In this document: positions 63,768 to 64,000 of the stretch, one piece after another
Position numbering within the stretch: position 1 is the first letter of the stretch
Layout: every line of letters starts with the position of its first letter
Source: Rhizodiscina lignyota
Lineage: Eukaryota
Assembly (NCBI GenBank): GCA_010015805.1
Contig: ML978133.1
Span: forward strand, 682,001 to 746,000
Direction: 5' to 3'
Length of the DNA: 64,000 nt
Translations under genes and position numbers: made by a program
The notes under the pieces: generated by a model
What the model was told of the DNA's origin: nothing
What the model saw: the letters and a program-made list of their open reading frames with translations, nothing else
Database searches by the model: none

Positions 63768-64000
63768 TCAAGTGCTCGTTCCAGTTATCTCGAGCTCTTC
63801 ACTCTCCATCGCGACTTCCCCGAGTAGAGACGATAACAGCCCAGTGCCCAAGACCCCGGCCACCCTCGCCATCACGGCAGCCAGCGGGCCCACGGCTTCC
63901 TCAAAGCTCTTGTACAGGCGCACATTTACATATCTATTCACGTAGTCTGCTACAGTAGCGTTGATGCAGCTGAGAAAGCTCGTTACGTGAACGACGGAAG
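63768..64000 (-). other. Open frame running off the window edge (possible 3' end of a gene or upstream ORF)
   Basis: About 77 codons without a stop, ending ..MESEELEITGTST*. No recognisable motif. Confidence 0.2.

Overview
Gene-dense, intron-containing chromosomal DNA of a filamentous ascomycete (Pezizomycotina, probably a dothideomycete; inferred from GT-AG introns of about 50-60 nt with CTRAC branch sites and from the gene set). About 19 genes are supported: SFH1, a SAM methyltransferase, an F-box protein, MDM1 (PXA-RGS-PX), a small acylated SVIP-like protein, an ADA-1-like bZIP factor, ORC1, PRP46, an uncharacterised small protein, a GPI-anchored CFEM protein, VPS11, YRA1, aldehyde dehydrogenase, a carboxylesterase, a TBF1-like Myb protein, XAP5/FAM50, a GH35 beta-galactosidase, TFB4, VPS26 and a taspase-like asparaginase. 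I found no supportable tRNA, rRNA, CRISPR array or intact transposon. The most interesting signals are regulatory. (1) A candidate retained/spliced intron in the beta-galactosidase gene would switch between two different signal peptides. (2) The 1,025-nt YRA1 intron has a distant perfect branch point and a hairpin covering a decoy AG. (3) A dense cluster of CTATTGT (HMG-box-like) sites lies upstream of an uncharacterised gene. (4) Paired Tbf1-type sites lie in front of the TBF1-like gene itself. (5) A 9-kb gene-free region precedes the bZIP gene and contains intron-like signals. All product calls come from my recognition of motifs, not from database searches, and exon boundaries were read by eye.
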